Below, piece after piece: positions 36,960-50,229 of a stretch of DNA of 64,000 bases; positions within the stretch are counted from its first letter, which is position 1; every line of letters starts with the position of its first letter. The position numbers were made by a program, and so were the translations under genes. Location: positions 154,940,001-155,004,000 of the forward strand of contig NC_086097.1 of assembly GCF_963921235.1 (NCBI RefSeq), written 5' to 3'. The notes beneath the pieces were generated by a model that worked only from the letters and a program-made list of their open reading frames with translations, made no database searches and was not told where the DNA came from. The stretch is from Mobula hypostoma (taxonomy: Eukaryota).

Positions 36960-37410
36960 ATAAAGTCATACAGAATGGAAGAAGGTTCTTTACTTCAACT
37001 TGTCCAGGCCATTCCATTCCATTCGCTTGCCTTTGGCCCATATTGATTTCCTACCATTGTACCTGTCCAAATGTTATTTAAATGTCATAATTGAACAGGC
37101 CTCTATCATTTGTTCTGGCAGTTCATTCTATATACTCACCACTCTCTGTTTGAAAAAGTTGCCACTGAGGTATCTTTTCACTCTTTCTCTTCTCAATTTA
37201 AACCTATGTTCTCTAGTTTTGGACTCCCCCGCCCTGGGGAAAAGACTGTAACTATTTGCCTTTGGTATGTCTCCTGTAGTTTTATAAGCTGCCACTTAGA
37301 CCCCTGTGTTCTAGAAAAAGAATGACCTAGCCTATCCACCACTCCTCACAACTGAAACCTCCAGACTTTATAAGAGTCTCATAAAACCTTTTTTGCACCC
37401 TTTCCAGACT
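36960..37410 (-). mobile_element. Degenerate CR1 3' end
   Basis: Reverse complement of a CR1 ORF2 C-terminus and 3' UTR. Confidence 0.7.
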
Positions 37411-40400
37411 TGATAGATACAGTAGATTTTAAGTAAAATTAAAAGTTGCAATGTCTCCACGCCCACCAAGTAAGGCATATTAGAAGTCTCTGTACCAATT
37501 CAGGTCATTCAGTGCCTGTAACTTACAAACACGTGTAACTAATCCAAAGTCATTGGGGATGTTGGACAAAAATGCTTTGTTCTTTCCTCATTTTATGAGG
37601 TCTTAGCCTTGTTAAAATGCTCACTCCCTTCACCTTACTTCCCAATAGAGACTGTGGGCAGGTGATGTCCCACCATCCTGGCAACTCTCTTTTACACGAA
37701 GTCACTACTTATATGAGAAGGATGGAATACTATAGTGATCTGGCTTTGGTCAATCCCCACAGAACTGAACAGCAGCAGAATCTGAGTGAAGAATGGAACA
37801 ATAAATAAGCTTATGTAATACCTCTTTCACATGGACTAGATCTGAAACATAAGTATTCAGCTAGGTGTACACTGCTACTACTGGTGTGTATCACAATGAT
37901 TTCTAAACCAGAGTGTGCTGCTGAACAGAGGTCATTGGGTACATTTGACTGAAGTATGTGGAACAGGCCATGTGATTTCATGAGGCAGCAAATTAATTGT
38001 TCCAACAATAATCGATTTGTCCAGACTGGAGTGAAATTTTTAAATTCAATCTCTTGCTGTTTTGTTTAAAGTTGTTAAGGTAATGATGTAATAGTTACAG
38101 TGAAGCTAACTGACAGCTACTGACTAATGTGATACAGGTCTCACGAAATTTTAGATATCAGTGTGTGTGGGGGGCCAGAGTTTCTGTTTGATTTATTTCT
38201 TTTCTCCTCACAATAGCAGTTAAGTTGGAAGATGCAAAGACTGTTTAGTTTGATCAAATTACACCAAGCTCTCAACATGTACCAACGAATTAGCTATAAT
38301 GGTTCCAATAATGTCTCAGATATAATGGCATCTGTGTGTGTAGAAAAGAACATGCATGTTTAAATAAAGACCCACTGGATGAATAAACCATGATTTCAAG
38401 GGAAGGAAGGTAGCTAATCTGGGATAATTGGGAGACAGCTGGACCCATTCCTATTGAGGTAAAGACCACAATGATTGGGAAATCATGAAGAAACATTTGA
38501 CTTTGTTTTAGGGAAGATGGTGTATGAAATGCAGATCACCATGTGGGAAGGAAAGGCTCAGTATAGAGCACATATGTGGGCTTTAGATTGATTGGAGGGT
38601 ACTATGTGAGGTTCATTCTTAATATTGTTACATATTGTCCAAAATATAATATCCAGACTAACTCAGTTGAACTGGTAACAGGCACAATATCACGGGCTTC
38701 AGGACCACTTGGCAAGATAAAGGGCATGTAGAATCTCAGCTGAGGTGAATGGTCCTGATCAATGTCCAAGTATTCCTACCGAGGTGCAATTACTGACACA
38801 AACCTGAAAATACCGATAAGATCAATCAATTCACAGATGTTGGTAATCTGAATAAATGCAGGCCAGGTAGCATCTCTGGGAAGAGAATCAGAGTTAACAT
38901 TACAGGTCTGAGACACAACTCTATTTACTCTACTCAAATTCTGCCTGATCTGATCAATGTTCTAAGGGCACTCTGGTCTAATTGCATACTATATATAACA
39001 CGTGGTAGCTTTGGCTTAAAATGTCTTGTTTTCATTTGATTAATCTGATTAATTCTAACTCCAAATCTACGTAGCTTACGTATTGTAATATCACGTGAAA
39101 CTCAAAGTTCAAAGTAAATTTATTATCAGAGTACTAACACGTCACCACACACAACCCTGAGATTCTCCAACAATTCAACATCAGAGAACAGTATTGATTG
39201 CAGAGGACACATTTAAATAGTTACAAATAGGAAAGGAGGTCAAGTAGAATTAATAAAACTGTATTACAAATTTCCAGAGAATTTGGAGAGTGCAGTGAAG
39301 TGGAGTAGTAAATGGATGTGTTTCTCAGAAGGTATAAAGCAACATGGTGAGTGTAAATAGGTATGTACCATTGTTGCTCAGAGTATGTAACATCGTGCAC
39401 ACGTGTACAGTCTAAAATAGAATTTTAAATACACCAGAGATCTGTTAGAAGTCACCATGTTTCCCATATGTTACTCTGCAAACTCTGCATGTCACTTCAC
39501 ACAAGAACCCACATTACGACATACACTACAAGTGTATGAGGAATGATTGAAAAAGAATTGGAACTTCTCAAAGTAGAAAGCACTACATCCTTGTAGCAGT
39601 GAGGTGTTCCACAGCAACTTCAACATGCAGACTAGAAGCAACAGCACTCAGACTTGGATTTGAGTACAGGATAAGAATCGGCTGCTGTAGGGGATCACTG
39701 AGTTAAGCTATGAAGCTGTTAAAACGAGAACAGTACAAACTGGAGCTGCAGACACAATCCAGCAACATTAGAAGTCCTGGAGACTGTGATAGATCTTGGA
39801 GCTTTTCCATTCTTATGTAGTAGAAATTGTGGTTTCTTATAGCAAACAAAGTTGAGGTAAAAGTGGTGTCAAATCAAAGTGTAGCCATTATAATCTTGCT
39901 TATAGAAATAGACTCAGATAAGAGTACTAATTTAATGGACCTCTTGGCACTACACATGTCAAAACTGGTCTTCTTTTATGCAGTGAAAGAGATTGTAAAA
40001 TCATTTGAATTCACCACCCACAGCAATTACATATGGTCATAAATTCAAGGCCAGATACAAAAGGTCAGGTGAGCCCACTGGGAATTATATAGCAGTATTG
40101 AAGAATTTGTCACAGCATTGTGATTTTGGTGTCTTCCTGAGCAGAATGTGAGGGCTGTGGTTTAATGAAGAAGCAGATTTGATCATAATGATTTATTCAA
40201 TTGTTCGAGATGACTGTAATGTGACCACAGTGAAGGAGATGATTTCTAGGATGACCACAGATTGTCGATAAATGGTAACATCAGCGGGAATTTCTTGTAA
40301 CAAAGCTACAACATGACAAAATATTAGCTCCAGCATTGGACTATCCCACTTACCTATACAAGTTTTGTGCAAAAATGAAACAGGTGGTGAAAACTACTAT

Positions 40401-41095
40401 GGCTTCAAAAGCAATCATCCATGACATTTATGCCAGTTTAGAAAAGTGAAGTCTTAACTATGAAAGTGCACGTTGCTTCAGTATAAAAGGCTGGAGTCAA
40501 TACAGCAAGTCAGATACATTCTCAGTACAAGAGAAACACAGGTGACAGAAAGCTTGTTTAATATTGAAGCTACTGAATAGTCTCAGGAAGACAGTTTAAG
40601 CTGCACACAATGCTTAACAAATGTCGTTATCAATTTTCACGATATATGCTGGTGATATTAGGCCTGGTCTGCTTTGATATTGGCAATCAAAATCAAACAG
40701 AATCAAAATGAGATTTATTAACACCAACTCACATTAAATGTGTTGTTTTGTGGCAGCAGCACAGTGCAAAGACATAAATATTATAAAAAGCTCAAATAAA
40801 TTAAAGCGTGCCTGAAAAGGAATTATATAGCTCTCGTGCTTAAGGCTAATGACAATAATAGAAATGTAGTACTTTTAAAATTGAAGTGAATTGAATGATC
40901 AGTATATTAATATGAGCATTGACAGAGCTGACAATAGTGTAACTATGAGCAGAGATTCAGTCATAATGTCAGAAATAATGATTGGCTGGATGCAAGACTG
41001 CATTGTCCCAAGGGCGCTACAGATGGTGGCACGACCAAGACCTAAAGAAGCTGGTGGAGATCCTGGAGACCTGGTTAAGGTTTTCATTGCTATGC

Positions 41096-42510
41096 TGTAG
41101 TTACTTCATTTTAGCAGTTTTGTAAAAGCAGTGTGTTCTGCTTTTGGATGTTTGGCCTTGACTAAAAGAAAAGAGGCTGTGATATTCAAATTAGTAATGT
41201 TGAGTCTACTAATCAAGATGACGGAATCGAGAGAAAGCTTGAGGAGGCAGGGTGTAGAGAGGTTTGTGTCGGACAATGTGGTTCACGGGTTTTTTTGGCG
41301 AGAGCTATGGAGAGGACAGTGGGGGGGGGTGGGGGTGATGGCTGAAGATGTCGTGGGAAGGAGCATCCCTGTTGTACAAAGTGCATTGTGCAGAAGAATG
41401 GCTCTAAAGAGGAAGGGCCAACATACCTGAGAAACAGCCTATTTGTTCAAAATGGATTTCGAGCGATGTTTGGAATGTGGTGTGTGCTTTCACGCAGACC
41501 ACGAGTCCAGAGTGTGAATAAGAAGACAACTTCAACATGAGCTTCAATGATGTGCACATTTAGACTAGTCGAACTATAATAGGTTCTTTTATTTTCCCCT
41601 TTTCTTTTTCCTACTAACTGTTCAATAAAGCTGAAATTTGTAAATATACTTTATTTTAAATTTTTTACGGTGTATGATCTGTTATTTTACACCAACCAGC
41701 AATTGTGCATGGGCAGTACTTACGCAGCATTTACTCAAGTCGAGGTTTCTTTGATTGGAACATCATAACTTCCCTGTTTGGCTGATCCCAAATCATACCG
41801 ACCCTAGACGTATATTGTTTATGAAAGGTGGCCTTCTCACCGCTGAGTACCGTGGCTGTTAGCGGGGCTGGCAACAAGCCAAGTTTCCTTACGAACCCGG
41901 TGGAGGAGCTTCATTGTGGGGGTGCCTGAAGATTTTCTGAAGGCTGTGCAATTGAATCACACCAGCTCTTAATTTCTGCGGCATGGATAATAAATTACTT
42001 CAGTTACTTTCCGCGGCACTACTTTAAACACAGGTTTCCACACAGAAACCGCTTAATCAATTCTTAACAGCAATTACACAGCATTCAGCATTTAATGCTT
42101 GTGTTTTGAGTGGGGTGTATATCCACAAATTATCTACAAATTTGTGGATAATTTTCCACAAATAATGCTTGTGTTTTGAGTGGGGTGAATGTCCAAACTC
42201 CCAATGAACAGGTGTTCAGAGTGCTGAGTTTTATAAAGGGTTTGGTGAAAGCTACACTGATTTGTGGCATTCTGACCAATTGGCTGGTAAGGATGTCGTG
42301 CTAGTCCAGAAGACGTGCCTCCTGATAGGATGGGAGACCCTGGAGAGACGGGGCTAAGGGCACTCCATATGTTAAGAGAAGGGTGGCGTGTATCTGAGGT
42401 CAATGACTTTAATGGTAAGTTGCTCTCGTTTCTGCAAAGTGAGGGAAAAGAATTCTCTGACATGAAAAGTTTAATGGGTCCTTCAGCAGTTGATTTAAAT
42501 TTGGAACTCC
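41096..42510 (+). mobile_element. Truncated Gypsy-like element: LTR (about 41096-41876) plus a partial PNMA-like gag
   Basis: TG..AATAAA..gcaaca LTR-like block, then ACVLSGV..DFNGKLLSFLQSEGKEFSDMKSL, which resembles the N-terminus of Ma/PNMA-type gag. No pol and no second LTR. Confidence 0.6.
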
Positions 42511-42754
42511 TCAGTCCCGACTTCTCTCTGAAGGCTCACTCCACCTGTGTCAATTCTGCAAAGTATCAGCACAATTCATCCCTGAAAGTCACTTTGCTTT
42601 CGCTTGCCTTTTCATTTCTTGCAGTGATAATTTACTACAATTTACTTCAGAAAAAAAGTGTTATTAATAAAGATTTTAGTCAAATTTCTTGTCTTTTGAA
42701 CTACCAGTGAGTTGTCACATGTATTCAGTGGCGCCATCGTAAACCAGAAGTCCA

Positions 42755-42975
42755 GGGTGTGTTGGGATACTTCCTACTTGTCTAGATGCATGCAGTCTCA
42801 ACAACACTCAAGAAGCTCAACATCATACAAGACACTGTAGCAGCTCCCTGGTAGACACCCATCCACTGCACTATTGACACACAGAAGCAGCAGTTTGTAC
42901 CATCTACAGGATGCATAACAACAACTCACCACAAATCTTTAGACAGCACCTTCTAAACCCATGACCTCTACCAGC
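42755..42975 (+). mobile_element. Old LINE ORF2 C-terminal remnant
   Basis: TTLKKLNIIQD..YRMH..SPQIFRQHLLNP-like degenerate reading. Confidence 0.5.
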
Positions 42976-43071
42976 TGCAAGTTGCCCTCTAGGCCATTCA
43001 GTATACAACTTTATTCTGTAGATATAGACCATATTCAGCTTCTGAATTGGCAACATATTGAAAAACCACAT

Positions 43072-43192
43072 TACTAGCTCCTCTTTCAGTTAGTCCTGAC
43101 GAAGGGTCTTGGCCCGAAATGTCGACTGTACCTCTTCCTAGAGATGCTGCCTGGCCTGCTACGTTCACCAGCAACTTTGATGTGTGTTGCTT
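43072..43192 (+). mobile_element. Solo PLE pLTR fragment containing a hammerhead motif
   Basis: Close match to 7418-7538. Confidence 0.88.
43091..43128 (+). ncRNA. Minimal type-I hammerhead ribozyme motif (near intact)
   Basis: TAGTC CTGACGA AGGGTCTTGGCCC GAAA T GTC GACTG: both core boxes are intact, stem I is TAGTC/GACTG, and there is a C>T change in the short stem III. Confidence 0.72.
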
Positions 43193-43734
43193 AACCAAGT
43201 ATCTTTTTTTTTATGAACACACTGCAAATGAATCCAAATTGTCTCAATTCCAAATGAACAGCAAAATTCTAAGTTAGATCTGACTAAATATTCCTAGTCT
43301 CAGTATTATTTTCTATGAACATTTAGATAGCATGAATAAGAGTAGGTTGTTAATACTGGTGGTCTGTGTAAATTCTTTCAGCAGCTTAATTTGGTGGATT
43401 TGTAAGGAATTTAGGAATCTAGAATAATTCCTTTACAATCAGTATACACGTATAAAGTACATATCTCATTTTCATCAATCCCATCCCACCACCATTCCTG
43501 CATTCCTGCTCTCCCCAGTCACAACTTAATTCTGAAGGTCCTAATAAAGATTATTGTTCATCTTATGAACAACAACTGTTTTCCAACAACTTTCCCAAAT
43601 TTTCTGGAAGATTTCATAACAGCAAGGGCTACAGAGTCAACTTATGACGGAAGTCACAATTTAACACAATCTTTCTAAAGAAGACTGAGTTTCTGGTCAC
43701 CACAGTACAAAGAAAGGCAGACACAAGAAGGACA

Positions 43735-44050
43735 GTGTATGCTAGAAGTCTGGAGTAACACACAAGATGCTGGAGGAATTCAGCAGATCAGATGACATTT
43801 ATGAAGGGAAATGGATAGTTGATGTTTTGAGTCAAGACCTTTCATCGGGACTTGAAAGAAAGAGGGGAGATTGCCTGTATAAACAGGAAGAAGAGATTGG
43901 TAAGTGGGGAATAGGGGAATGGGAATGATAAAAGCTTAGAGGTGATTGGTGAAAGTGACAACGGGGTAAAGAAGATGAAATCTTACAGGAGAGGACAGTG
44001 GGCGATGCAGTAAAGAGAAGGAGATGAGGAGGGGAACTGGAAGGAAGAAA
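43735..44050 (-). mobile_element. Older PLE pLTR remnant with a degenerate hammerhead
   Basis: Minus strand gtcccgatgaaaggtcttgactcaaaacatcaac followed by ctgctgaattcctccagcatc. Confidence 0.7.
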
Positions 44051-44489
44051 GAAAAGTAGACCAGATTAAGTATTGTAAAAATCAGTCTTGAGGCATACGC
44101 CAGCCTGAACATGTTGAAACAAAATTCTGATGACAACATAAATCATCAAAGCAACTAAGACATTCCTTCAGAGTTGTAGATTTAAGCAGATGAGAAAATA
44201 TGCATAAAAAAACAATTTTCCGAAATTCCATTAACTATTTCGCTTAGTCTCTCTGCTGTTGACAAAAACAGCACTTGGATTATATGAGGAAAAACTAAAA
44301 GAAAGCAATCACTTCTGAGATAGATTTTAAAGGGGACAATTTGTTAACACAAACAAGATATTACTGAACACAAATGAGATGGAGTGGAAATTACAGGAGT
44401 CGTTGAGCAGGTGAGGAATAGGAAATGTGTGCTTCAATGATTGCCAAGATTTTTGAAAGCATTTCTGATAATCCCTCCAATATTTCTGA

Positions 44490-45565
44490 CATAGAACATA
44501 GAACAGTACAGTACAATACATGATATTTGGCCTACCTTTTAACTCAGCCTAACCCTTCCCTCCACATAGTCCTCCATTTTTCTTTCATCTGTGTGCCTAT
44601 CTGAGAGTTTCTTAAATGTCCCTATTGTATCTGCCTCTATCACCACCCCTCTCCATGTTAAAAAAAATCGACATTGGACATTCCCTACGCTTTCCCCAAA
44701 TCACTTTAAGATTATGCCACCTGGTGTTAGTCATTTCCACCCTGGGAAGAAGTCTCTGGCTATCCACTCTACCTATGCCTCTTATCATCTAATGCACTTC
44801 AACCAAGTCACTGCTCATTCTCATTTGCTCCAAAGTGAAAAGCTCTATCTTGATCAACCTATCCTCATAACACTCACTCTCTCATCCAGACAGCATCCTG
44901 GTAAATCTTCTCTGCATCTTCTTTAAAGCTTCTAGATCCTTCCCATTATGAGGTGACCAGAAGTGAACACAGTACTCCAAATGTGGCCTTACAAGAGCTT
45001 TATAGCGCTGCAACATTACTTCCCTGCTCTTGAACTCAATCCCCTGACTAATGAAGGAAAACATACTATATGCCTTCTTAACCACACTATCAACTTATGT
45101 GGTAACTTTGAGGGATCTGTGAACAAGGACCCAAAGATCACTCTATTCTACCACGCTGCTAAGAATCCAGCAATTAACCCTGTACTCGGCCTTCAAGTTC
45201 AACCTTCCAAAATGTATCACTTCACACTTTTCCAGATTGAACTCTATCTGCCACTTCTCAACCCAGCCCTACATCCTATCAATATTCTGTGGTTACCTAT
45301 GACAACCTTCTACTCTATCTACCACACCACCAATCTTCCTGTCCTCTGCAAATTTACTAACTCACCCTTTCACTTATTCATGCAAATCATTTATAATTAA
45401 AGAACAGGGTTCCCAGAACAGATGCCTGTGGAACACCACTGATCATGGACCTCCAAGCAGAGTCTTCTCCATCCACTACTACTCTCTGTCTTCCGCAGGC
45501 AAACTAAATTCCCAATTCATGCAGCCATGTTTCCCCGGATCACATGCTTCCAGACTTTCTGAATC
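44490..45565 (-). mobile_element. 5'-truncated CR1 LINE
   Basis: YKALVRPHLEYCVHFWSP..RRFTRML, with a (ttctatg)n tail at 44490-44505. Confidence 0.9.
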
Positions 45566-47414
45566 CTGATGTCATGATAAGGTTCCTTTATTGGAAATAT
45601 TTGACAGAACGGGTACACTACTGCTACTAAAAGGTTAGTTGTCAGGAGATTATCAGAAGGGCTGTTGAGAAGGAGAAACACCAAGGTCTCCCTCATTGAT
45701 GAAAGTGTGCCTAGTTTGATCTTATTTGCTTCCACAAATAGGTCAATTTTCTAAAGACATCAGGAATGAGCTCAGTGAGATGAATGAGCAAAGATTCCCT
45801 TTCTGCTTGAGTGAGCCATATTTGCCAAGAAACTGGATGAATTTCCTGCTCCTTTTCAAATAATAAAATGGGGTTGTTAATGTCTTCCTGAAGCAGATAG
45901 TTGGTGAGGTCTCAGGGAAAGATATGAGTTCCAACAATACAACAATCCCTAAAGATTGCACTGTAGAGCAGATAGATGAGATGTAGAAGACCGAGAGTGT
46001 GACCTAACCTTTCAACCACATGAAACAAAGTCCAGATGAAATACTGTAAAAACTAATCTGGAGATGTAAATCAGCCTATCTTAAAGCAAATTCAGATGAT
46101 GATATGAATAAGCAAAGCAACCAAGACATCCCTTCAGAGCTGTAGATTGAAGTAAATTAGAAAATAATGATCAAAGTCAAAAAAATGGCAGAAGTTGGAA
46201 ATCAGAAATAAAAAGAAGAGAACCTAATTTGCTGAACATTTCCATCCTCTGTTTTGATAACAACTAGTTAGGCACTGAACAATACTAGATTAATTTTATT
46301 TGTACTTACTGATAGGAAACTAATAGGATGAACCGCTCTGAATATTACTCCATTGCTTTCAATATGTAGCAAAATTAGTTAGGGGAAAACACAGCTTCAT
46401 TGCTTTTGGGTCAAGTTGTTCCTTCCCATCTGTAGCAACTGTAGCGTTAATAAGAATGTTTGTAAGTTTTATGACCAGCTGGTATGTTTTCAACATACAC
46501 TGAACTTTATTTTTAAGTATAGTATCATTTAACTAAAGAATTTGGAAGAGATTCAGACCACAGAGGATGTCAACTTTCTCTATTTCTGTCTCTTAGAGCA
46601 AGAAGTTTTTAATTTTCAGCTGTTAAGAAGGAAGGGGAACAGAGTTACATCATCCTGCAATCTCAAGTACTCTCTGGCAAAAGAAACTGGGCTCATGCAG
46701 GCCATACCTAGATATATGCAAGAACAGGTCGCACGCTGTACTTTATCAGAGTAAGATTCATTGTTCATCAGTTTGTTCAACTACTCCCACTCCTCTCTCC
46801 ATGGTATCTTTGGTTTCCTTCTGGTGTATTTTTTCCCCATGGTTCAGCCCTCATTCTTCACTCCTCCCGTAATGCCATATTTCTGGCCCATTGTTGAAGA
46901 CATTTCCCTCTGCTTTGAAAAGGAAACACTGCAGATACTGGAAATAAAAAAAACCTGAAGATGGCACTGGAATCATTTGGTACGCAAGGTACTCTAGCAT
47001 CTGCCTGTCTCTCCGGAGAAGGCAGGCTAATTGGACTTTAGATCTGTAGGTTAGTGGTAGAATCAGAGGGCAGATGATAGGAACAAGAGGAGAACAGAAG
47101 GGTTAGTATACATGGATGTTTGATGGCTTGCATGGATGGTGAGCTGAAGGGACTACTTCTGTATAATTTTGTGTGTCTGTGAAACATACCTGACCTTCAT
47201 AGTTTTTTCACTATTCTTTGTTGTGATCCCTGTCTGTTTTTCCTCCATATCTCATCAGATCCTGCTGAGCTCACCTTACACATCAGACATGTTTACTCCC
47301 ATTTCTATTTTCCTGCATTACTTAAAATTGTTTCCTGGCCCACCCCTCCCCTCCCCCTTTCAAAACATATTGCTCAGAATATCTTTTCGATCTTCAAACA
47401 CCTCCTTTACTCTA

Positions 47415-47850
47415 ACAACATACATCAAAGTTGCTGGTGAACGCAGCAGGCCAAGCAGCATCTATAGGAAGAGGCGCAGTCGACGTTTCAGGCCGAGACC
47501 CTTCGTCAGGACTAACTGAAAGAAGAGTGAGTAAGGGATTTGAAAGCTGGAGGGGGAGGGGGAGATGCAAAATGATAGGAGAAGACAGGAGGGGGAGGGA
47601 TAGAGCCGAGAGCTGGACAGGTGATAGGCAAAAGGGGATACGAGAGGATCATGGGACAGGAGGTCCGGGAAGAAAGACAAGGGGGAGGGGTGACCCAGAG
47701 GATGGGCAAGAGGTATATTCAGAGGGACAGAGGGAGAAAAAGGAGAGTGAGTGAAAGAATGTGTGCATAAAAATGAGTAACAGATGGGGTACGAGGGGGA
47801 GGTGGGGCCTTAGCGGAAGTTAGAGAAGTCGATGTTCATGCCATCAGGTC
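47415..47850 (-). mobile_element. PLE 3' end and pLTR
   Basis: Minus strand PDGMNIDFSNFR* followed by a pLTR homologous to 6266-6690. Confidence 0.9.
47476..47515 (-). ncRNA. Minimal type-I hammerhead ribozyme motif with an intact catalytic core
   Basis: Minus strand TTAGTC CTGACGA AGGGTCTCGGCCT GAAA C GTC GACTGC has CUGAnGA, GAAA, the GUC triplet, stem I, stem II and the palindromic ACGT mini stem III. Predicted cut between 47482 and 47481. Confidence 0.8.
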
Positions 47851-47969
47851 ATTACTCTAACCTTACTTTTTTTTAAACTTATCTCACTGAATATATTATC
47901 ACCAGCCTATCTACTTATAATACTTCTTCTCCTCTGCTATTAGACTTCTGAACCAGTCATCTCTTTCAC

Positions 47970-50229
47970 AGATTTCTCAGTGGGCGAGCATCTGGGGGAC
48001 AGTGACCACCGCTCCCTGGCCTTTAGCGTTATCATGGAAAAAGATAGAAACAGTGAGGACAGGAACATTTTTAGTTGGGGAAGGGGAAATTATGAGGCTA
48101 TAAGGCTAGAACTTGCGGGTGTGAACTGGGATGATGTTTTTGCGGGGAAATGTACCATGGACATGTGGTCAATGTTTAGGCATCTCTTGCAGGATGTCAG
48201 GGATATATTTGTCCCGGTGAGGAAGATAAAGAATGGTAGGATGAAGGAACCACAGGTGACAAGTGAGGTGAGGCAGCATACATGAGGTTTAGGAAGCAAG
48301 GATCAGATGGGTCTATTGACAAATATAGGGTAGCAAGAAACGTGCTTAAGAAGGGGCTGAGAAGAGCAAGAAGGGGGCATGAGAAGACCTTGGCGAGTAG
48401 AGTAAAGGAAAACCCCAAGGCATTCTTCAATTATGTGAAGAACAAAAGGATGACAGGAGTGAAGGTAGGACCGATTAGAGTTAAAGGTGGGAAAATGTGC
48501 CTGGAGGCTGTGGAAGTGAGCGAGGTCCTCAATGAATACTTCTCTTCGGTATTCACCAATGAGAGGGAACTTGATGACAGTGGGGACAATATGAGTGAGG
48601 TTGATGTTCTGGAGCATGTTGATATTAAGGGAGAGGAGGTGTTGGAGTTGTTAAAATACATTAGGATGGCTAAGTCCCTGGGGCCTGACGGAATATTCCC
48701 CATGCTGCTCCATGAGGCAAGGGGAGAGATTGCTGAGCCTCTGGGTAGGATCTTTATGTCCTCGTTGTCCACAGGAATGGTACTGGAGGATTGGAGGGAG
48801 GCGAATGTTGTCCCCTTGTTCAAAAAAAGTAGTAGGGATAGTCCGGGTAATTATAGACCAGCGAGCCTTACGTCTGTGGTGGGAAAGCTGTTGGAAAAGA
48901 TTCTTAGAGATAGGATCTATGGGCATTTAGAGAATCATGGTCTGAACAGGGACAGTCAGCATGGCTTTGTGAAGGGCAGATCGTGTCTAACAAGCCTGAT
49001 AGAGTTCTTTGAGGAGGTGACCAGGCATATAGATGAGGGTAGTGCAGTGGATGTGATCTACATGGATTTTAGTAAGGCATTTGACAAGGTTCCACAGGGT
49101 AGGCTTATTCAGAAAGTCAGAAGGCATAGGATCCAGGGAAGTTTGGCCAGGTGTATTCAGAATTGGCTTGCCTGCAGAAGGCAGAGGGTGGTAGTGGAGG
49201 GAGTACATTCAGATTGGAGGATTGTTACTAGTGGTGTCCCACAAGGATCGGTTCTGGGACCTCTACTTTTCGTGATTTTTATTAACGACCTGGATGTGGG
49301 GGTAGATGGGTGGGTTGGCAAATTTACAGACGACACAAAGGTTGGTGGTGTTGTAGATAGTGTAGAGGATTGTCGAAGATTGCAGAGAGACAATGATAGG
49401 ATGCAGAAGTGAGCTGAGAAGTGGCAGATGGAGTTCAACCTGGAGAAGTGTGAGGTGGTACACTTTGGAAGGACAAACTCCAAGGCAGAGTACAAAGTAA
49501 ATGGCAGAATACTTGGTAGTGTGGAGGAGCAGAGGGATCTGGGAGTACATGTCCACAGATCCCTGAAAGTTGCCTCACAGGTAGATAGGGTAGCTAAGAA
49601 AGCTTATGGGGTGTTAGCTTTCAGAAGTCGAGGGATAGAGTTTAAGAGTCTTGAGGTAATGATGCAGATCTATAAAACTCTGGTTAGGCCACACTTAGAG
49701 TACTATGTCCAGTTCTGGTCGCCTCACTATAAGAAGGATGTGGACGCATTGGAAAGGGTACAGAGGAGATTTACCAGGATGCTGCCTGGTTTAGAGAGTA
49801 TGCATTATGATCAGAGATTAGGGAAGCTGGGGCTTCACGCTTTGGAGAGAAGGAGGATGAGAGGAGACATGATAGAGGTGTACAAGGTAATAAGAGGAAT
49901 AGATAGAGTGGACAGCCAGCGCCTCTTCCCCAGGGCACCACTGCTCAATACAAGAGGACATGGCTTTAAGGTAAGGGGTGGGAAGTTTAAGGGGGATATT
50001 AGAGGAAGGTTTTTTACTCAGAGTTGTTGGTGCATGGAATGCACTGCCTGAGTCAGTGGTGAAGGCAGATACACTAGTGAAATTTAAGAGACTACTAGAC
50101 AGGTACATGGAGGAATTTAAGATGGGGAGTAATATGGGAGGTAGGGTTAAAGGGTCAGCACAACATTGTGGGCTGAAGGGCCTGTACTGTGCTGTACTAT
50201 TCTATGTTCTATTTTCTATATGTTCTATA
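47970..50229 (+). mobile_element. Relatively young 5'-truncated CR1 (end of APE plus RT and C-terminus)
   Basis: SDH, QHGFVKGRSCLTSL, GVPQGSVLGPLLF and KFTDDTK. There is a TGG>TGA stop at 49410-49412 and a few frameshifts. Tail ttctatgttctat. Confidence 0.96.

Noticed and set aside
48282..50051. Stop-codon readthrough or selenocysteine at TGA 49410-49412
   Set aside because: This is the position of a conserved CR1 Trp codon (QKWAEKWQM). A simple TGG>TGA nonsense mutation in a truncated copy explains it.
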